This document shows positions 60,490-64,000 of a stretch of 64,000 nucleotides of DNA, piece by piece. The stretch covers positions 140,554,001 through 140,618,000 of the forward strand of contig NC_042998.1 in the NCBI RefSeq assembly GCF_006345805.1, written 5' to 3'. This DNA comes from Octopus sinensis. Taxonomy: Eukaryota. A model generated the notes under the pieces. That model was not told where the DNA came from and made no database searches. It saw nothing but the letters and a program-made list of their open reading frames with translations. The translations under genes were made by a program, and so were the position numbers. Every line of letters begins with the position of its first letter. Within the stretch, counting starts at the first letter, position 1.

Positions 60490-62986
60490 TAGATAGATAT
60501 ATGATAGATAGATAGATATATGATAGATAGATAAGAAGAGATATTTAAACGCATGGCTAAATGCTTGCGTTTCTAAGTTTGTATAACTATAAAGTGAAAG
60601 AGAGAGAGAGAAAGGAGAAAGAAAGAGCGAGAGAGAGATTGAAAGAAAGACAGAGACAAAGAGAGAAAGAGAGTGAAAGTAGAACACGATGAATTTTATC
60701 ATGTTACATTTATGTGTTCATACATGTATGAGATGGTGAGAAAGAGTGAGCATGAAAGAGAGAAAGAGTGAGCATGAAAGAGAGAAAGAGAGAGTGCGTG
60801 TGAGAGAGAGAGAGGGGGAGGAGAGCAACAGAGCGAGAGAGAGAGAGTGTGTGTGTGTGTGTGATTGAGAGGAGAGAATTAGAGAGAGTTGGAGAGATAA
60901 ATAGTTGGTGGATGAGACATAAAGTGCTTATATATGCTGTTGTTTGTGTGTCATCATGATGATGCGGAATCTGTCACCTGAAAAAGAAACTCGAATGCAG
61001 AAAATCTTTACGAAGCTTTTTGCAAGTTAAACAGTCTCAAGCACGCATGCACACACACGCAAACACACACAAAAACACACACACAGATACAAATACACAC
61101 ACGCACAAGCACAAACACACACAAACACACAAACACATGCACACACAGACACAAAGAAGCCTATATACATATATACAGGCACACATGCACTTAAGACTAA
61201 TCGAAGTGACGAGAAGTAAAAGAAGGTAAGAATTTGAAAAAAAATATGATTGAACGAACAAAACGAAACGAAACAAACCAAAAGCAAAATAAAACTAAAG
61301 AAACACAATGAAACTTTTCCATGCATATATCGTCTGAATGTTATTTAAATAAACAATTGGAACAATGCAAGCCTCAGGCAATATGGCCGCCAAGCATTTT
61401 GTACTTTTGTCTATTATTGCTTTGTTTTGTTCTTTTCCGATGTCGTCTGCAATTATTAATGCGAAGTAATTTTACCGCTGCTTGGCGACGAAAGTAAAGC
61501 CATGTTACTGTTTACAGATGAAGAAGAAGAAGATGGAGAAGAAGAAGAAGAAGAAGAAGAAGAAGAGAAGAAGAAGAAAGAAGAAGAAGAAGAAGAAGAA
61601 GAAGAAGAAGAAGAAGAAGAAGAAGAAGAAGAAGGGTTGAAAGGCTTAGGTTTAATATGATTACATTCTCTCTGTCTCTCTCTGCCTCTCTCTCTCTGTC
61701 TCTCTCTCTGTCTCTCTCTCTGTTTCTCTCTTTCTCTCACTGGTTGTCTGAGCAGAAATGGAAGAAATTTTTGATAGTAGACCTCTCCACAGTCCCCTTT
61801 TCTCTTTCTCATTCTACCCCTCTCTTTCTGCTTCTCTCTCTCTCCCTCTAATATATATGTGAGCGTTGTTGTTGTTGTTGTTGTGTGTGTCTGTCTGTCT
61901 GTGCCTGTGTGTATGTATGCATGTGTCAGTATGTGTATACATACACACACACATACATACATACATACATACATACATACATACATACATACATACATAC
62001 TTGCATATATATATATAATATATGCATGTATGTATACGTACGTGTAAATACACACACACACACGTATATACATGTATAGTTATGCACCGTCATAAATACA
62101 ACATATATACATACCTGCATGCATACAGATAGACAGACAAACTGACAGACAGACAGGCAGACTGACAAGCTGACAGATGTTTGAGATTCTAGGTAGGGCA
62201 TGAGTGGTTTCGATTCGTGATCATGATTGAAGCTATTTCACTTACTTTTGAAATGCTTTTCAGAATTTCATAAATAAATGAATAAATAAATAAATAAATA
62301 AATAAACAAACAAATGAATAAATAAATGTATAAATAAAAATCCTTGCGTTCTCGCAGACTCTTTCATTTCTCGTCGCATATACATCTAAGTTCTTTCCTA
62401 TGTAAAAACTCTATACACCTCAGTATTGGATTCCGACGAGATGACAGCAGTTATGCGTATGTCACTCAGCTAACAATAGAAGTAAGTGCTTTTACGCAAT
62501 ATCACAGAAATATTTCAATGCCAAGTATGAATTCTTCCATCTTATCTTGAAAGTGAGGCGCATTCTTCAATTCGGTAATTACATGTTAGATATGAAAAGT
62601 CAAAAGTCACACAGAGATAGACATGTCTACTAAATTATTTCGTTTATTTTTTTTTTTTTACGCAATCCGCAAACATGCAAACTAATAAAATATCGCATAA
62701 ATATGCGTGTGTGAGAGAATGTGTGTGTGTGAGAGAATGTGTGTGTGAGAGAGAGAGGGAGAGAGAGAGAGAGAGAGAGAGAAAATAAGAAAGGGAGAGA
62801 GAGAGAGAGAGAAAAGAAGAAGAAGGAGGAGGAGGAGGAGGAGGAGGAGAAGCAGAAGAAGAAGAAGAAGAAGAAGAAGAGGAGGAGGAGGAGGAGGAGG
62901 AGGAGAAGAAGAAGAAGAAGAAGAAGAAGAAGAAGAAGAAGAAGAAGAAGAAGAAGAAGAAGAAGAAGAAGAAGAAGAAGAAGAAG

Positions 62987-63532
62987 AATCCTTTCTACTA
63001 TAGGTACAAGGGCTGAAATTTGGTGGGAGGGGGTAAGTCGATTATATCGACCCCAGTGTGTGACTGGTACTTATTTAATAGACCCTGAAAGGATGGAAGG
63101 TAATGTGTTGACATCGGCGGAAATAATATGGAACATTGGTTTCAAATTTTGGTACAAGGCTAGCAATTTCGGGAGAGGGGCTAAATCGATTACATCGACC
63201 CCAGTACTCAACTGGTACTTATTTTATCGACTCCGAAAGGATGAAAGGTGAAGTTAACCTCGGCGGAATTTGAACACAGAACAGACGGACGAAATACCTA
63301 TTTCTTTATTACCCACAAGGGGCTAAACACAGAGGGGACAAACAAGGACAGACATAGGTATTAAGTCGATTACATCGACCCCAGTGCGTAACTGGTACTT
63401 AATTTATCGACCCCGAAAGGATGAAAGGCAAAGTCGACCTCGGCGGAATTTGAACTCACAACGTAACGGCAGACGAAATACCGCTAGGCATTTCGCCCGG
63501 CGTGCTAACGTTTCTGCCAGCTCACCACCTTA

Positions 63533-63614
<82 letters not shown>

Positions 63615-63652
63615 GTAATAATAATAATAATAATAATAACAACAACAACAAC

Positions 63653-63728
<76 letters not shown>

Positions 63729-64000
63729 GTGAGGGAGCGCCATAGACATGTGTTGAAAGGAATTCTTGGGGATTTGGATAATTCACTTCTGGAAACATGG
63801 ATGTTTCGTTCATCATCCTTAAACAACTCTTATTCAGGGACCTTTCTACTATAGGTACAAGGCCTGAAATTTAGAGGGAGGAGACTAGACGACCACATCG
63901 ACCCCAGTGTTTCACTGGTACATAATTTCCCCATCCCTAAAGGACGAAAGACAAAGTCACCTCAGCGGAATTTGAAATCGGAACGTGATGACTGCGGAAT
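62987..64000 (-). mobile_element. Array of four SINE family B copies (tails A, B, C, A) with (AAG)n and (AAT)n/(AAC)n linkers
   Basis: 62987-63122, 63134-63298, 63299-63533 (complete) and 63840 to window end. Confidence 0.9.

Overview
Eukaryotic, AT-rich, extremely microsatellite-dense DNA. The repeat families resemble those of Octopus genomes (inference from repeat recognition, not a database hit). I can support no intact host gene, rRNA, true tRNA or CRISPR array, and nearly all listed ORFs are read-throughs of simple repeats. The window is mostly transposon remnants. Retroelements: RTE-clade LINE remnants (1.4-2.9, 14.6-15.7, 58.4-58.8 kb), a Penelope-like element with RT thumb, Cys linker and GIY-YIG domain (20.1-21.8 kb), a restriction-like-endonuclease LINE (33.9-35.0 kb), a Gypsy RT fragment (38.2-38.5 kb) and dozens of tRNA-headed SINEs from several families. 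DNA transposons: a hAT with both ends and an 8-bp TSD (5927-8288), mariner and Tc1 pseudogenes, an end-complete non-autonomous Helitron (25227-25761) and several MITEs/foldbacks. A ~2.3 kb tandem duplication lies at 40.3-44.8 kb. The most interesting signals are (i) four minimal hammerhead-ribozyme-like motifs with non-canonical cores in Penelope-type terminal repeats, (ii) one SINE body carrying three swappable 3' tails, with recurring nesting junctions and a shared target start, (iii) an apparently (CATA)n-targeting LINE, and (iv) a 194-bp GC-rich TGT...ACA foldback. Coordinates were counted by eye and SINE edges are approximate.
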